Positions 41,349 through 53,380 of a stretch of 64,000 bases of DNA are shown here, piece by piece (the first letter of the stretch is position 1; each line of letters opens with the position of its first letter). A model generated the notes under the pieces. It was not told where the DNA came from, did no database searches, and saw only the letters and a program-made list of their open reading frames with translations. The position numbers and the translations under genes are program-made. The DNA comes from Pseudomonadota bacterium (GTDB lineage Bacteria > Pseudomonadota > Gammaproteobacteria > Burkholderiales > Burkholderiaceae_D). The stretch lies in assembly GCA_041173845.1 (NCBI GenBank), contig JBEDHZ010000001.1, positions 425 through 64,424 of the forward strand, written 5' to 3'.

Positions 41349-42104
41349 TCAATGCCGTAATTTATAACCGCGCTTGAGCAGCCGCACTGCAATCCCCGCC
41401 AATACTGCAAAAAATACCGACACGATCAGTAAGCTAGTCGCTGGCGGCACATCGGAGTGGCCAAAGAAACCGTAGCGAAAGCCATCAATCATATAAAAAA
41501 ATGGATTGGCATGCGAAACAGCTAGCCAAAACGGTGGCAGCGAGTGCACTGAATAAAAAACACCCGCTAAAAAGGTCGCCGGCACAATCAAGAAATTTTG
41601 AAATGCAGCGAGCTGATCAAATTTCTCTGCCCATATTCCAGCTAACAAACCCATCGTGCCTAAGATAGCCGCACCAATCAGCGCAAACAAAAGTATCCAA
41701 AGCGGTGCAACGAATGAGAGCTTGGCAAACCAAACGGTGATAAAAAATACACCTGCCCCGACTGCCAGACCGCGAACCATCGCTGCTAAAACATACGCAC
41801 CAAACATTTCCCAATGAGAGAGTGGTGCAAGCAAAACAAACACCAGATTGCCGGTAATCTTTGATTGAATTAATGATGATGACGAATTTGCGAAGGCATT
41901 TTGCAGCACACTCATCATCACCAATCCCGGCACCAGAAACGCGGTGTACGACACGCCAGGGAAAACCTGCACATGCTCTTCCAGCACATGACCAAAGATG
42001 AGTAAGTACAACATCGCTGTGACGATAGGTGCGGTCAGCGTTTGAGTCGCCACCTTCCAAAAGCGCAGCAATTCTTTACGAAATAAGGTCTGAAATCCGG
42101 TCAT
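41349..42104 (-). CDS. ABC-2 type transporter permease (YadH-like)
   Basis: KELLRFWKV..QT, Y..F.VPGL.MM, NAFANSSSS, P.TFLAGVFYS, NPFFYMIDGFRYG. Confidence 0.92.
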   Translation of the reverse strand: MTGFQTLFRKELLRFWKVATQTLTAPIVTAMLYLLIFGHVLEEHVQVFPGVSYTAFLVPGLVMMSVLQNAFANSSSSLIQSKITGNLVFVLLAPLSHWEMFGAYVLAAMVRGLAVGAGVFFITVWFAKLSFVAPLWILLFALIGAAILGTMGLLAGIWAEKFDQLAAFQNFLIVPATFLAGVFYSVHSLPPFWLAVSHANPFFYMIDGFRYGFFGHSDVPPATSLLIVSVFFAVLAGIAVRLLKRGYKLRH

Positions 42105-43012
42105 TTATCACCACCCATGACCTGCATGAACACATCTTCTAAATCTGCCTGATGCAGTTGTAGATCCTCTAAAGTCGCACCCGAATCTCTAATCGTTGCG
42201 AGTATTCCTTCAACTTCATCGTGATGGTTAACTCGCAAAGTGTACTTATCACCAGCCAGCAATTCGTCAGGATGAGACACCAGTGCATGTAATGAAGAAG
42301 GTAGCTTGCCACCCGAAAGTTTGACGACCAATTGAGAACCAGAAATACGTCCAATCAATGCCGCGGTCGAATCTAGCGCTACCACTCGACCCGCTTTAAG
42401 CATTGCTATCCGACTGCACAGAGCTTGTGCCTCTTCAAGGTAATGAGTGGTCAGTACCACGGTGTGACCTTCGCGATTCAACCTCCCAATGAAATTCCAC
42501 AAGGTCTGACGCAATTCCACATCAACGCCCGCGGTGGGCTCGTCCAACATGATGACCGGTGGCTTGTGTACCAGCGCCTGAGCGACCAACACACGCCGCT
42601 TCATACCACCGGATAGCGAGCGCATATTGCTATCTGCCTTAGCAGTGAGGTCCAGATGATGCATGACCTCGTCAATCCAAGCATCATTATTGCGAATGCC
42701 AAAATAACCCGACTGCATGCGCAATGTTTCGCGAACGGTAAAGAAGGGATCAAACACCAACTCTTGAGGCACCACGCCCAAGCACTGGCGCGCGCTTCGG
42801 TAATCCGTCACAACATCGTGACCTTGAATCGCGACAGTACCTTCATCGGCGCGCGCTAACCCCGCAATGATGGAAATTAAGGTGGTTTTACCCGCGCCAT
42901 TCGGGCCTAACAGACCGAAAAATTCGCCCGCACCAATTTTTAGCGAAACACCACCCAAGGCTTGCAAGGAGCCGTAGCGCTTTTTAACGTTATCTATGTG
43001 AATGGCGGTCAT
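42101..43012 (-). CDS. ABC transporter ATP-binding protein (YadG-like)
   Basis: [30 protein letters not shown]. Start trimmed to ATG 43012. Confidence 0.93.
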   Translation of the reverse strand: MTAIHIDNVKKRYGSLQALGGVSLKIGAGEFFGLLGPNGAGKTTLISIIAGLARADEGTVAIQGHDVVTDYRSARQCLGVVPQELVFDPFFTVRETLRMQSGYFGIRNNDAWIDEVMHHLDLTAKADSNMRSLSGGMKRRVLVAQALVHKPPVIMLDEPTAGVDVELRQTLWNFIGRLNREGHTVVLTTHYLEEAQALCSRIAMLKAGRVVALDSTAALIGRISGSQLVVKLSGGKLPSSLHALVSHPDELLAGDKYTLRVNHHDEVEGILATIRDSGATLEDLQLHQADLEDVFMQVMGGDK

Positions 43013-43150
43013 GAAGGGAGAAACAAGGCCAATGCTGCTCGCGCGCCCAAGCGCGCGCAAAGTCCTTGATTATAGGGGATTTGAGGCCTGACACTTGCCC
43101 CAGCGAACATGCCCGCCGGGCTTATTTGAAGAAAGCGCTAGAACAAAGCC

Positions 43151-43402
43151 TTAGAGCAGTGTATCCACGCTGTATAACTCGGCCAAACTGAGCAAACCTG
43201 GGGGCAAACCTACGAGCTTCAGACTTACACTTTTTTCGTTCGCAGCACGCTGCCAAGCCAAGAGCGCCGAAACGGCTGAGGAATCAAAATGGGTCAGACC
43301 GGAAAGATCAATCGTAGTCGCGCCCTGCACTATGGCCTCCATGCCCTCGCGCAGCACATCGGCGGCATCCGTCATGGTGATGGAGGTTGGGGCAAAACTC
43401 AT
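43151..43402 (-). CDS. mlaB: STAS-domain protein of the Mla system
   Basis: DLSGL..FDSSAV..LL, L..LA.LY; last gene of the mla cluster. Confidence 0.88.
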   Translation of the reverse strand: MSFAPTSITMTDAADVLREGMEAIVQGATTIDLSGLTHFDSSAVSALLAWQRAANEKSVSLKLVGLPPGLLSLAELYSVDTLL

Positions 43403-43403
43403 A

Positions 43404-44045
43404 TTAGCTCTTAGTTTGTTTGGTGGGGGTAGCTGCTAGCCGCTTGTTGCGTTCGGCCAGCGCCTTGATCAGGCCATCGATCCCACTCTTGCCAATTTCA
43501 GCTGAAAAGGTCCCTTTATAGGTTTCGACCAGCCAGGCACCAAGAATATTAACGTCATAAATTTTCCAGCCTGCTGCCGTTTTTTCAAGGCGATAGTTCA
43601 GCTGTATCGGCTCTCCGCGAGGCTGTAACACCATGGATCGCACCTCGACCTCGGTATCATCCGCCGCTGCTCGCATGGGCTTAAATTCCAAGACTTGATT
43701 GCGTACCTGCGCGATAGCACCTGAATAGGTGTAAATCAACAAAGTACGAAACTCAGCCGTCAGAGCAGCTTGCTGCTCAGGAGTCGCATCACGCCAGAAC
43801 CGACCGGATGCCAAGGCTGTCATGCGCTGAAAATTTACATGCGGGATGACCTTGGTCTGAACAACTTCGATGATGCGCTGCTGGTTGCCAGCCTGAATCT
43901 GCTTATCGGTCTTAGCTAGGTCCAGAATTTCCTGGCTCACCCGCTTGATAAGAACGTCGGGGGCTTCTTGTTGCGCACTGACTTCTCCGGCTGAAAATAG
44001 AAAAGCCGAAAATAAGACGGTACAAAAAATTCGTGAAGTAAACAT
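43404..44045 (-). CDS. mlaC: Periplasmic phospholipid-binding protein
   Basis: Signal peptide; F.RMT.LA.G..WR, F..LL..TY, WKIYDVNILG.WLV..Y. Confidence 0.93.
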   Translation of the reverse strand: MFTSRIFCTVLFSAFLFSAGEVSAQQEAPDVLIKRVSQEILDLAKTDKQIQAGNQQRIIEVVQTKVIPHVNFQRMTALASGRFWRDATPEQQAALTAEFRTLLIYTYSGAIAQVRNQVLEFKPMRAAADDTEVEVRSMVLQPRGEPIQLNYRLEKTAAGWKIYDVNILGAWLVETYKGTFSAEIGKSGIDGLIKALAERNKRLAATPTKQTKS

Positions 44046-44070
44046 AAAAAGCCCGCGTCTGTGAATGGAC

Positions 44071-44094
44071 TAGGCCGCTGATTTATGCGGCCTA
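44071..44094. repeat. Palindrome in the mlaA-mlaC spacer
   Basis: TAGGCCGC-N8-GCGGCCTA. Confidence 0.6.
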
Positions 44095-44168
44095 AGGACC
44101 TGATGATACAGAAGGCCGAGCCGCCTCAACAAAAGCAAAGTGACAAACCGTGCTGCAGCAGCAACAGA

Positions 44169-44879
44169 TTAGTCTTTACCATCACGCACACGGCTCTCTC
44201 TGCGCTGGAGATACGCATCCCGATAGAACTGGTAGGGATCGAGCGCCGCACCTTCCATAATATTTGTGGTGTCCAGCACTGACGCACGATCATCCACAAT
44301 CCGAAGTGCTCGCCCTGAATTTTTGGCACGAACGGGGACATCACTTGAAGCTGTTAATGGGTCAGCATATAAATCGACCGGTTTGGCTAAGGCATCGCGC
44401 ACAGTGCTGGGGCCTAACAAGGGCAAAACAAAATAAGGGCCGGACTTTGCACCCCATACCGCGAGGGTCTGACCGAAATCTTCTTCATGCTTAGGCAATC
44501 CCATGGGGGTGGCCACGTCAATTAAGCCAGCGATACCAATGGTCGAATTAAAAATAACCCGCACCAAATCGGTGGTGCCATCTTTAGGCTTACCCTGCAA
44601 ATAATTATTTGCAGCGGTCCACACATCACCTATGTTGGCAAAGAAATTTCCTATCGCTTCCCGAACTACTTCGGGAACCACTTTCACATATCCCGTAGCG
44701 ACAGGCTTGAGCACGTTATCGTCGACGGACTTGTTGAAAGTGAACATCGACCGGTTATAGTTCTCATAAGGATCGCGTGGATCGCTGCCCGCACCCGGTA
44801 CGGTGGTCGCGCAGGCGGTCAGCAGAAACGCCGCCATCACGATGGCGCTCCATCGTATCAATCGTTGTGGGCCTGTCAT
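44169..44879 (-). CDS. mlaA: VacJ/MlaA lipoprotein
   Basis: Lipobox LTAC; DPYE..NR.MF.FN, N.TIG.AGL.D, EDFGQTL..WG, PLLGPST.RD. Confidence 0.95.
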   Translation of the reverse strand: MTGPQRLIRWSAIVMAAFLLTACATTVPGAGSDPRDPYENYNRSMFTFNKSVDDNVLKPVATGYVKVVPEVVREAIGNFFANIGDVWTAANNYLQGKPKDGTTDLVRVIFNSTIGIAGLIDVATPMGLPKHEEDFGQTLAVWGAKSGPYFVLPLLGPSTVRDALAKPVDLYADPLTASSDVPVRAKNSGRALRIVDDRASVLDTTNIMEGAALDPYQFYRDAYLQRRESRVRDGKD

Positions 44880-45352
44880 TTTTTCTCCCCGCCGCTTCCT
44901 TCGGCTGCCTTACTAAATAAAAACTGGCTAATCAAATTCTCAAGAACGATCGCCGACTGTGTACTCTTAATTCGTTCGCCCTCAGCAAAATTCTTTGCAT
45001 CGCCGCCAGGCTCTAAACCTATGTACTGCTCACCCAGCAAGCCCGACGTCAGGATTTTAGCTGAGCTATCGCGCGGGAACTGAAATTCCGACTGTATACG
45101 CATCGTGACCTGTGCCTGAAATGTTTTATCGTCGAATGTAATACGTTCTACCCGACCGACCACCACACCAGCACTCTTAACTGGAGCGCGAGGCTTTAAA
45201 CCACCAATGTTGTCAAAACGCGCAGCCAACGCGTAGCTGGGGCCAAAACTCATTGAGCTCATATTGCCTGCCTTCAGGGCCAGGAACATGATGGCTATCG
45301 CGCCTAGTAGCACGAATAGTCCAACCCACACATCCAAAGATTTTCGTTGCAT
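44876..45352 (-). CDS. mlaD: MCE-domain protein
   Basis: FDNIGGLK.RAPVKSAGVVVGRV, I.TSGLLGEQYI.L.PG. Confidence 0.95.
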   Translation of the reverse strand: MQRKSLDVWVGLFVLLGAIAIMFLALKAGNMSSMSFGPSYALAARFDNIGGLKPRAPVKSAGVVVGRVERITFDDKTFQAQVTMRIQSEFQFPRDSSAKILTSGLLGEQYIGLEPGGDAKNFAEGERIKSTQSAIVLENLISQFLFSKAAEGSGGEKK

Positions 45353-45359
45353 GTCTTCC

Positions 45360-46145
45360 TCAGCTAAACATGAGTGCGGTGAGCAGAAAGTCCAGCCACA
45401 ACACCATCAATGAACCAATCACGACGGTGCGCGTAGTGGCTCGTGCGACACCTTCAGGCGTCGGTGCTGCGCAAAAACCTTCGTAGAGCGCGATAAACGT
45501 AACCGCCACACCGAACACAAAACTTTTAATGACACCATTCAACACATCGGCCCAGACATCGACGCCGGCTTGCATCTGCGACCAGAATGCACCTTCATCA
45601 ACACCGATCAACTGAACACCAACAATATAACCGCCCAACACACCGACCGCGCTGAAAATAGCTGCCAGCACGGGCATAGAAATGACCCCAGCCCAAAACC
45701 GTGGAGCCAGCACTCGTTTCATCGGATCAACGGCCATCATTTCCATCGCCGCTAGTTGTTCGCCCGCTTTCATCAAACCAATTTCTGCGGTTAACGATGT
45801 GCCAGCACGTCCTGCAAACAGCAATGCCGTAACTACCGGGCCTAGCTCACGTATCAACGACAACGCTACCAACAAACCCAGCGCTTGCTCTGAACCATAT
45901 TTATTGAGTGTGTAATAGCCCTGCAGCCCCAAGACGAAACCAACAAATAAACCAGATACCGCAATGATGACTAGCGAATAATTACCTATAAAATGGACTT
46001 GGTCTGTCACCAATCTCGGCCTACGAAATACACTTGGCGAAGCCACTATTAAGGCGAGAAAAGTTCGTGATGCGGCTCCCAGACCTTCAAGTCTCGTTCG
46101 AACAGTTGCGCCTAACTGAGCCAGCAGATCAAGAATTAAATTCAT
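45360..46145 (-). CDS. mlaE: Mla ABC permease
   Basis: RELGPVVTALLFAGRAG..LTAEIGLMK..EQ..A, TTRTVV. Confidence 0.96.
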   Translation of the reverse strand: MNLILDLLAQLGATVRTRLEGLGAASRTFLALIVASPSVFRRPRLVTDQVHFIGNYSLVIIAVSGLFVGFVLGLQGYYTLNKYGSEQALGLLVALSLIRELGPVVTALLFAGRAGTSLTAEIGLMKAGEQLAAMEMMAVDPMKRVLAPRFWAGVISMPVLAAIFSAVGVLGGYIVGVQLIGVDEGAFWSQMQAGVDVWADVLNGVIKSFVFGVAVTFIALYEGFCAAPTPEGVARATTRTVVIGSLMVLWLDFLLTALMFS

Positions 46146-46945
46146 CAGCGCGCTTTCATACCCAGCTGCTCAGCGATAGTTTTTCCAGGATAGTGGAAAG
46201 GTACAGGACCATCCGGTTCGGCGTTCACAAACTGCTTTACATAGGGATCGTGGGATTCGCGCATCTGTGTTGGCGTTCCGTGTGCGACAATTTTTCCCTG
46301 TGAAAGAAAATACACATAATCTGCAATGCTGAATGATTCATGCACATCATGTGACACCACAATCGATGTCGAACCCAGCGCATCATTCAATTTACGAATT
46401 AAATTCGCAGTCACGCCCATAGAAATTGGATCAAGACCGGCAAAAGGTTCGTCATACATAATCAATTGAGGATCCAGCGCAATCGCGCGCGCCAAAGCAA
46501 CGCGGCGTGCCATTCCTCCGGAAATTTCAGCAGGCTTCAATGCGGCGGCGTTCGATAAACCAACTGCCTGTAACTTCATCAAGACTAAATCGTGAACCAT
46601 GCTCTCGGGCAAACGAGTATTTTCTCTGAGAGGAAACGCGACGTTATCGAAAACGGTCAGATCAGTGAAGAGCGCCCCATGCTGAAACAACATGCCCATC
46701 CGTCGGCGCATTGCATATAAGTCAGAGACGTTCAAACCACTAACCTCTTGACCATCAACGGCCAGACTCCCTGATTGCGCGCGTATCTGACCACCGATTA
46801 ATCTCAGGACCGTCGTCTTGCCCGATCCCGAGCCACCCATAACAGCGATCACGCCGCCTTTGGGAAACTGCATATTCAACCCAGAGAGAATAGGCCTCTC
46901 GTTATAGCCGAAGTGCAAGTCACGAATGTCTACAAGATTGGGCAC
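46145..46945 (-). CDS. mlaF: Mla ABC ATP-binding protein
   Basis: GGSGSGKTT, FQHGALFTD, ISGGM.RRVALARA, YDEPFAGLDP; GTG start. Confidence 0.95.
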   Translation of the reverse strand: MPNLVDIRDLHFGYNERPILSGLNMQFPKGGVIAVMGGSGSGKTTVLRLIGGQIRAQSGSLAVDGQEVSGLNVSDLYAMRRRMGMLFQHGALFTDLTVFDNVAFPLRENTRLPESMVHDLVLMKLQAVGLSNAAALKPAEISGGMARRVALARAIALDPQLIMYDEPFAGLDPISMGVTANLIRKLNDALGSTSIVVSHDVHESFSIADYVYFLSQGKIVAHGTPTQMRESHDPYVKQFVNAEPDGPVPFHYPGKTIAEQLGMKAR

Positions 46946-47045
46946 AAGGAGTTAGATTCGTTATCGATTAAAAGAGTAATTGTAATTCACGAGACCTACC
47001 GATCAGAGCATAACCACGAAAGGATCACGATAAATCACCGGTAAA

Positions 47046-47082
47046 AATAAAAACGCCCGCCAACCATGCGGGCATTTTTATT
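47046..47082. terminator. Rho-independent terminator downstream of gltD
   Basis: AATAAAAAcGCCCGC-caaccat-GCGGGCaTTTTTATT, with A/T tails on both sides. Confidence 0.8.
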
Positions 47083-47101
47083 GAATCAATACTGCGCCTG
47101 T

Positions 47102-48565
47102 TTAACGAGGCAATACCGAAGAACCCATTAAGAATTCATCGACTGCGCGCGCACATTGCCGACCTTCGCGTATAGCCCATACTACCAGTGACTGGCCGCG
47201 ACGCATGTCGCCTGCAGCAAACACTTTCGGTACCGATGTCTGGTAACAGCCCTCACCATCCGTCGTCGCCTTGGCATTACCACGCGCATCTTTATCCACC
47301 CCAAACGCTTCCAACACAGAATTAACCGGCGAAACAAAACCCATAGCCAGCAACACCAGATCTGCTTTAAGTTCGAATTCGGAACCGGCAATCTCAACCA
47401 TCTTTCCATCTTTCCACTCAACACGCGCAGCGATCAGTTTCTCAACCTTGCCGTTCTTGCCCTCAAGGCGTTTAGTAGCAACCGCCCAATCGCGTTCGCA
47501 ACCTTCTTCGTGCGAAGATGATGTGCGCATCTTGGTCGGCCAGTAAGGCCATACCAATGGCTTATTTTCAACTTCCGGCGGCTGCGGTAAAAGTTCAAAT
47601 TGAGTCACTGAGGCAGCGCCATGACGGTTCGATGTACCTACGCAGTCAGAACCCGTATCGCCACCACCAATAACTACCACGTGCTTACCAGTAGCCAACA
47701 ATTGATCCTTGAGCTTGTCACCCGCATTGACGCGATTTTGTTGCGGCAAAAATTCCATCGCATAATGCACGCCACCTAATTCACGACCAGGCACTGGCAA
47801 GTCACGCGGCCACTCAGCGCCACCGGCTACGATCACGGCATCAAACTCTTTATTCAGCTGCTCAGGTGAAATGGTTTCTTTCGATAAGCTCAGTATCTCT
47901 TTCGGAAAATCTTTACCGACAAATACGCCCGTCCGAAACTTCACACCTTCCGCCTGCATTTGCTGCACACGGCGATCGATGTGCGATTTTTCCATCTTGA
48001 AATCTGGAATGCCATAGCGCAGCAGGCCTCCAACACGATCGTTTTTCTCAAACACGGTTACGTCATGTCCAACGCGCGCCAGTTGTTGAGCCGCAGCCAT
48101 ACCCGCCGGGCCAGAACCTATGATCGCTATTTTTTTACCTGTCTTACTGCTCGGAGGTTGTGGCACGACCCAACCATTTTCCCAGCCTTTATCGATAATG
48201 AAATGCTCGATCGATTTAATACCTACCGGATCATCATTGATACCTAGAGTACAAGCAGACTCACATGGAGCGGGACAGATGCGACCCGTGAATTCCGGAA
48301 AATTATTCGTCGAATGTAAATTTTCCAAAGCCTCAAGATAGTGGCCGTTGAAAACCAAATCATTCCAGTCTGGGATGATGTTATTGACAGGACATCCGTT
48401 ATTACAAAACGGAATACCGCAATCCATACAACGCGCGCCCTGAATTTTGGCATCGGCGTCGGACAGATGCATCATAAATTCTTTGTAATGCTTGGTACGT
48501 GCCTGCGGCGCTTCGCTCGCCTCTTGAAGGCGCTGATATTCCATGAAGCCAGTAACTTTACCCAT
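47102..48565 (-). CDS. gltD: Glutamate synthase small subunit
   Basis: [55 protein letters not shown]. Confidence 0.98.
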   Translation of the reverse strand: MGKVTGFMEYQRLQEASEAPQARTKHYKEFMMHLSDADAKIQGARCMDCGIPFCNNGCPVNNIIPDWNDLVFNGHYLEALENLHSTNNFPEFTGRICPAPCESACTLGINDDPVGIKSIEHFIIDKGWENGWVVPQPPSSKTGKKIAIIGSGPAGMAAAQQLARVGHDVTVFEKNDRVGGLLRYGIPDFKMEKSHIDRRVQQMQAEGVKFRTGVFVGKDFPKEILSLSKETISPEQLNKEFDAVIVAGGAEWPRDLPVPGRELGGVHYAMEFLPQQNRVNAGDKLKDQLLATGKHVVVIGGGDTGSDCVGTSNRHGAASVTQFELLPQPPEVENKPLVWPYWPTKMRTSSSHEEGCERDWAVATKRLEGKNGKVEKLIAARVEWKDGKMVEIAGSEFELKADLVLLAMGFVSPVNSVLEAFGVDKDARGNAKATTDGEGCYQTSVPKVFAAGDMRRGQSLVVWAIREGRQCARAVDEFLMGSSVLPR

Positions 48566-48625
48566 GTTTATTCTCTTTTCTTTTCTACGAATGTGACTGA
48601 GATTGAGCGTTTTCTAACGTCACTC

Positions 48626-51600
48626 TCAGGTCGTCACTTTTTCCTTAACTTTGCCAGTCTTCGCCGCAAACATCTCACCCAAAGCACGCTTGTACTCAGT
48701 AGGGAAAACTTTGACGAATTTAGCCCGCGCATTATTCCAATCATCCAGCAAGTTGCGTGCGCGCGTGCTGCCTGTATGTTTGAAATGGCGCTCAATCAAT
48801 CCCTTGAGAATGACTTCATCCGTCAATCTCTCACCATTCCGACTTAAGCTGTGCCAACTCGAGGGATTAACGGTTGATTCTTGTTCAGCTGCTGAGAGCA
48901 CAGAATCAAGCGCTACCATAGCAAGGTTACATTTCTGCGCGAAGCTGCCGTCTTCATCAAACACATACGCCAATCCGCCAGACATACCTGCTGCAAAGTT
49001 TCGGCCGGTTTCACCAAGCACAACCACGGTGCCACCCGTCATGTATTCACAACCATGATCGCCTGTACCCTCAACCACCGTAACGGCACCTGAGTTACGC
49101 ACCGCAAAACGTTCACCTGCGACGCCATTAAAGAAGGCTTCGCCAGCGATCGCGCCATACAACACGGTGTTACCAATAATGATGTTGTCGACTGCTCTGC
49201 CGCGAAACTCTGTATTCGGGCGCACAATGATCCGTCCACCTGAGAGTCCTTTGCCGACATAGTCATTACCTTCACCGACTAAATCTAATGTCACACCGTG
49301 CGCGAGAAACGCGCCGCACGATTGACCCGCCGTACCTTGCAGCTGAATATGAATTGTGTCGTCAGGCAAACCTTCATGACCATACTTCTTGGCGACCACA
49401 CCTGAAAGCATCGCACCAACCGTACGATTCAAATTCTTGACTGGCGAAATAAAGGACACTTTTTCACCACGTTCAATCGCTGGCTTAGCCTGTTCAATTA
49501 ATTTGTGATCCAACGCCTTGCCCAAGCCATGATCTTGCGTCAACACGTGATGACGCGGCTGATCTGCGGAGACATATGGCAAGTAAAAGATCTTGCTGAA
49601 GTCCAGACCCTTGGCCTTCCAGTGATTCACTGCACGCGATTTATCGAGAAGATCAGCACGACCGATCAAATCTTCAAATTTGCGGATACCTAGCTGAGCC
49701 ATGATTTGACGAGCCTCTTCTGCTACAAAGAAGAAGTAGTTCACGACATGCTCTGGTTTACCTTGGAACTTCGCACGCAGCACAGGGTCTTGCGTGGCCA
49801 CCCCGACTGGGCACGTGTTGAGGTGACACTTACGCATCATGATGCAACCTTCAACAACAAGCGGCGCCGTTGCAAAACCAAACTCATCAGCACCTAGTAA
49901 GCCACCAATAACAACATCGCGACCGGTCTTGATCTGACCATCCGTTTGCACGCGAATACGACTGCGCAGTTGGTTCAACACCAGCGTTTGCTGTGTCTCA
50001 GCCAAACCCAACTCCCATGGCGTACCCGCATGCTTAATCGATGATAGTGGCGACGCACCGGTGCCGCCATCATGACCGGCAATCACCACGTGATCCGCCT
50101 TAGCTTTTGCAACACCCGCGGCTACTGTGCCAACGCCTACTTCAGAAACTAACTTGACAGAGATATCAGCGGCAGGATTCACGTTTTTCAAGTCATGAAT
50201 TAGCTGCGCTAAATCTTCAATCGAATAAATATCATGATGCGGCGGTGGCGAAATCAAACCCACTCCAGGCACTGAAAAGCGCAGCTTGGCGATGTAATCA
50301 GACACTTTATGACCTGGCAGCTGACCACCTTCACCTGGCTTAGCACCTTGGGCCATTTTGATTTGAATCTGTTCAGCCGAGGTTAAGTATTCTGCTGTCA
50401 CACCGAAACGACCCGAGGCGACTTGTTTAATTTTGGAACGCAATGAATCGCCATCTAATAATGGAAGATCCACTTCAACGCGTTCTTCTCCAATAATGGA
50501 AGCCAGCGTATCGCCCTTCTTAATCGGAATGCCACGCAACTCATTGCGATAACGGTTTTCGTCCTCACCACCTTCACCGGTATTCGACTTGCCACCGATG
50601 CGATTCATCGCAATAGCCAGCGTGGCGTGAGCTTCGGTGGAAATTGAACCGAGGGACATCGCACCCGTTGCAAATCGTTTGACGATTTCTTTGGCTGATT
50701 CCACTTCATCCAGAGGAATCGCTTTTGAAGGGTCGATCTTAAATTCAAACAATCCACGCAACGTCATGTGACGCTTAGATTGATCATTAATGATCTGCGC
50801 GTATTCTTTATAGGTATTGAAATTATTTGAGCGCGTCGAGTGCTGTAATTTAGCGATCGCATCGGGCGTCCACATATGATCTTCACCACGCACGCGGAAT
50901 GCATATTCACCACCGGCATCGAGGGCATTTTGAAGTATTGGATCACTACCGAAAGCCTGTTGATGTAAACGCAAAGCCTCTTCTGCCACTTCAAAGACGC
51001 CTATACCTTCTACATTCGATGCTGTGCCTTTGAAATACTTGTCGACCAAGCTTTTGTTTAAGCCAATCGCTTCAAAAATTTGCGCACCACAGTAGGACAT
51101 GTACGTCGATATGCCCATCTTAGAAAATACTTTGAGTAATCCTTTACCCACCGCTTTTTGGAAGTTATAGATTGCTTTTTCCGGGGCTAGATCGCCAGGC
51201 AATCCTTTCGCCATGTCGGTCAGCGTATCCATCGCCAGGTAAGGGTGGATCGCTTCAGCACCATAACCAGCGAGCAAAGCAAAATGATGCGTTTCGCGTG
51301 CAGAACCCGTCTCAACTACCAAGCCTGCCGAGGTACGCAATCCTTTGCTCACCAAGTGCTGATGAATCGCTGAAGTCGCTAACAAGGCTGGAATGGCGAC
51401 ATTGTTTTTGTCGACATGACGGTCGGAGATAATCAAAATATTGTGGCCCGACTTAACTGCGTCGACCGCTTGCGCGCACAATGATGCGAGTCGCGCTTCA
51501 ACACCCTCTTTACCCCATGCAGCTGGATAGCAAATGTCTAGTTCAGATGAACGGAATTTACCGCCTGTGAATTTGCTGATGGCACGCAGACGAGTAATGT

Positions 51601-53311
51601 CTTTGTAATCAAGAATCGGCTGCGACACTTCCAGTCGCATCGGTGGATTAATGTTGTTGGTATCGAGCAGATTAGGCTTAGGGCCAATGAACGAAACTAG
51701 CGACATCACCATCGCTTCGCGTATCGGATCGATAGGGGGATTCGTCACCTGCGCAAACAGCTGCTTAAAGTAATTAAAGAGCGGCTTGTTTTTATTGGAC
51801 ATGACGGCCAATGGAGAATCATTTCCCATTGAACCCGTGGCCTCTTCTGCGTTCACCGCCATCGGCGACATCAAAAATTTAATGTCTTCTTGCGTGTAAC
51901 CAAATGCTTGTTGACGGTCGAGCAGCGTCGCTGTTTCTTTACGCGACTCAGCCTCGACTTTCAGATCGTCTAACTTAATACGAACGGAATCAATCCATTG
52001 CTTGTAAGGCTTAGCATTGGCGAAGGTGTCTTTAAGTTCTTTGTCGTCAATAATGCGTCCAGCATCCAGATCGATCAAAAACATTTTGCCTGGTTGGAGA
52101 CGCCATTTGTTGATGATCTTTGATTCTGGTATCGGCAAGACACCTGATTCAGACGCCATGACTACCAGATCATCATCCGTGACTATGTAACGAGCAGGAC
52201 GCAAACCATTACGGTCTAGCGTTCCACCAATATGACGACCGTCAGTAAACGCCATAGCAGCGGGGCCATCCCATGGCTCCATCATCGCTGCATGGTATTC
52301 GTAAAATGCACGACGATTTTCATCCATCAAAGTGTGGTTTTCCCAGGCTTCTGGAATCATCATCATCATGGCTTGAGCTATCGGATAACCTGCCATCACC
52401 AATAATTCAAGCGCATTATCAAAACAGGCTGTGTCCGATTGACCTTCATAAATCAATGGAAATAACTTTTGTAAATCTTCGTTCAACACAGCGGATTTCA
52501 TCACGCCTTCACGCGCACGCATCCAGTTGAAGTTGCCTTTAACAGTGTTGATCTCACCGTTGTGTGCAAGCAGACGATACGGGTGGGCAAGCGGCCACTC
52601 AGGGAAGGTGTTCGTCGAGAAGCGTTGATGCACCAAAGCCAGCGCGGACACGCAACGCGGATCTTGCAAATCTTTGTAGTAGACGCCGACCTGATCGGCC
52701 AGTAATAAACCTTTGTAAACCACGGTTCGAGCAGACATCGATGGCACAAAAAATTCTTTACCATGCAGAAGATTTAATGCTTGGATGGCGTGACCTGAAG
52801 ATTTACGAATGACATAGAGTTTTCGCTCTAGTGCATCAGTCACCATGATGTCTTGACCGCGACCAATAAAAATTTGGCGAATCACTGGCTCTTTGTCGCG
52901 CACGGTAGGCGACATCGGCATCTCGCGATTGACGGGCACATCGCGCCACCCCAATACCACTTGCGCTTCAGCGTGAACCGCTCTTTCGATTTCTTGCTCG
53001 CAAGCTATGCGCGATGCATTTTCTTTGGGAAGAAACACCATACCCACACCGTACTCACCGGGAGGAGGCAGGGCCACACCCTGCTTCGCCATTTCTTCGC
53101 GGTAAAACTGATCGGGCACTTGAATCAATATGCCCGCGCCATCACCCATCAAAGGATCCGCGCCCACTGCACCGCGATGATCGAGGTTGTGCAGAATTTT
53201 CAAGCCTTGCTCAACTATCGAGTGACTTTTCTGACCTTTGATATGAGCGATGAATCCGACACCGCAGGCGTCGTGTTCGTTAGTCGGATCGTATAAACCT
53301 TGGGCTTTCAT
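48626..53311 (-). CDS. gltB: Glutamate synthase large subunit
   Basis: EHDACGVGF (N-terminal Cys amidotransferase), [35 protein letters not shown]. Start at ATG 53311 with GGAG 7 nt upstream. Confidence 0.98.
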   Translation of the reverse strand: MKAQGLYDPTNEHDACGVGFIAHIKGQKSHSIVEQGLKILHNLDHRGAVGADPLMGDGAGILIQVPDQFYREEMAKQGVALPPPGEYGVGMVFLPKENASRIACEQEIERAVHAEAQVVLGWRDVPVNREMPMSPTVRDKEPVIRQIFIGRGQDIMVTDALERKLYVIRKSSGHAIQALNLLHGKEFFVPSMSARTVVYKGLLLADQVGVYYKDLQDPRCVSALALVHQRFSTNTFPEWPLAHPYRLLAHNGEINTVKGNFNWMRAREGVMKSAVLNEDLQKLFPLIYEGQSDTACFDNALELLVMAGYPIAQAMMMMIPEAWENHTLMDENRRAFYEYHAAMMEPWDGPAAMAFTDGRHIGGTLDRNGLRPARYIVTDDDLVVMASESGVLPIPESKIINKWRLQPGKMFLIDLDAGRIIDDKELKDTFANAKPYKQWIDSVRIKLDDLKVEAESRKETATLLDRQQAFGYTQEDIKFLMSPMAVNAEEATGSMGNDSPLAVMSNKNKPLFNYFKQLFAQVTNPPIDPIREAMVMSLVSFIGPKPNLLDTNNINPPMRLEVSQPILDYKDITRLRAISKFTGGKFRSSELDICYPAAWGKEGVEARLASLCAQAVDAVKSGHNILIISDRHVDKNNVAIPALLATSAIHQHLVSKGLRTSAGLVVETGSARETHHFALLAGYGAEAIHPYLAMDTLTDMAKGLPGDLAPEKAIYNFQKAVGKGLLKVFSKMGISTYMSYCGAQIFEAIGLNKSLVDKYFKGTASNVEGIGVFEVAEEALRLHQQAFGSDPILQNALDAGGEYAFRVRGEDHMWTPDAIAKLQHSTRSNNFNTYKEYAQIINDQSKRHMTLRGLFEFKIDPSKAIPLDEVESAKEIVKRFATGAMSLGSISTEAHATLAIAMNRIGGKSNTGEGGEDENRYRNELRGIPIKKGDTLASIIGEERVEVDLPLLDGDSLRSKIKQVASGRFGVTAEYLTSAEQIQIKMAQGAKPGEGGQLPGHKVSDYIAKLRFSVPGVGLISPPPHHDIYSIEDLAQLIHDLKNVNPAADISVKLVSEVGVGTVAAGVAKAKADHVVIAGHDGGTGASPLSSIKHAGTPWELGLAETQQTLVLNQLRSRIRVQTDGQIKTGRDVVIGGLLGADEFGFATAPLVVEGCIMMRKCHLNTCPVGVATQDPVLRAKFQGKPEHVVNYFFFVAEEARQIMAQLGIRKFEDLIGRADLLDKSRAVNHWKAKGLDFSKIFYLPYVSADQPRHHVLTQDHGLGKALDHKLIEQAKPAIERGEKVSFISPVKNLNRTVGAMLSGVVAKKYGHEGLPDDTIHIQLQGTAGQSCGAFLAHGVTLDLVGEGNDYVGKGLSGGRIIVRPNTEFRGRAVDNIIIGNTVLYGAIAGEAFFNGVAGERFAVRNSGAVTVVEGTGDHGCEYMTGGTVVVLGETGRNFAAGMSGGLAYVFDEDGSFAQKCNLAMVALDSVLSAAEQESTVNPSSWHSLSRNGERLTDEVILKGLIERHFKHTGSTRARNLLDDWNNARAKFVKVFPTEYKRALGEMFAAKTGKVKEKVTT

Positions 53312-53345
53312 CGCGGGACTCCACGGCATTAATAAAGAGCGTGAA

Positions 53346-53374
53346 AGGATAGTGCAATGCAATAAACAGGGCAA
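53346..53374 (-). promoter_or_regulatory. Candidate sigma70 promoter of gltBD
   Basis: Minus strand TTGCCC (53374-53369), 17-nt spacer, TATCCT (53351-53346). Confidence 0.4.
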
Positions 53375-53380
53375 CGAGAA

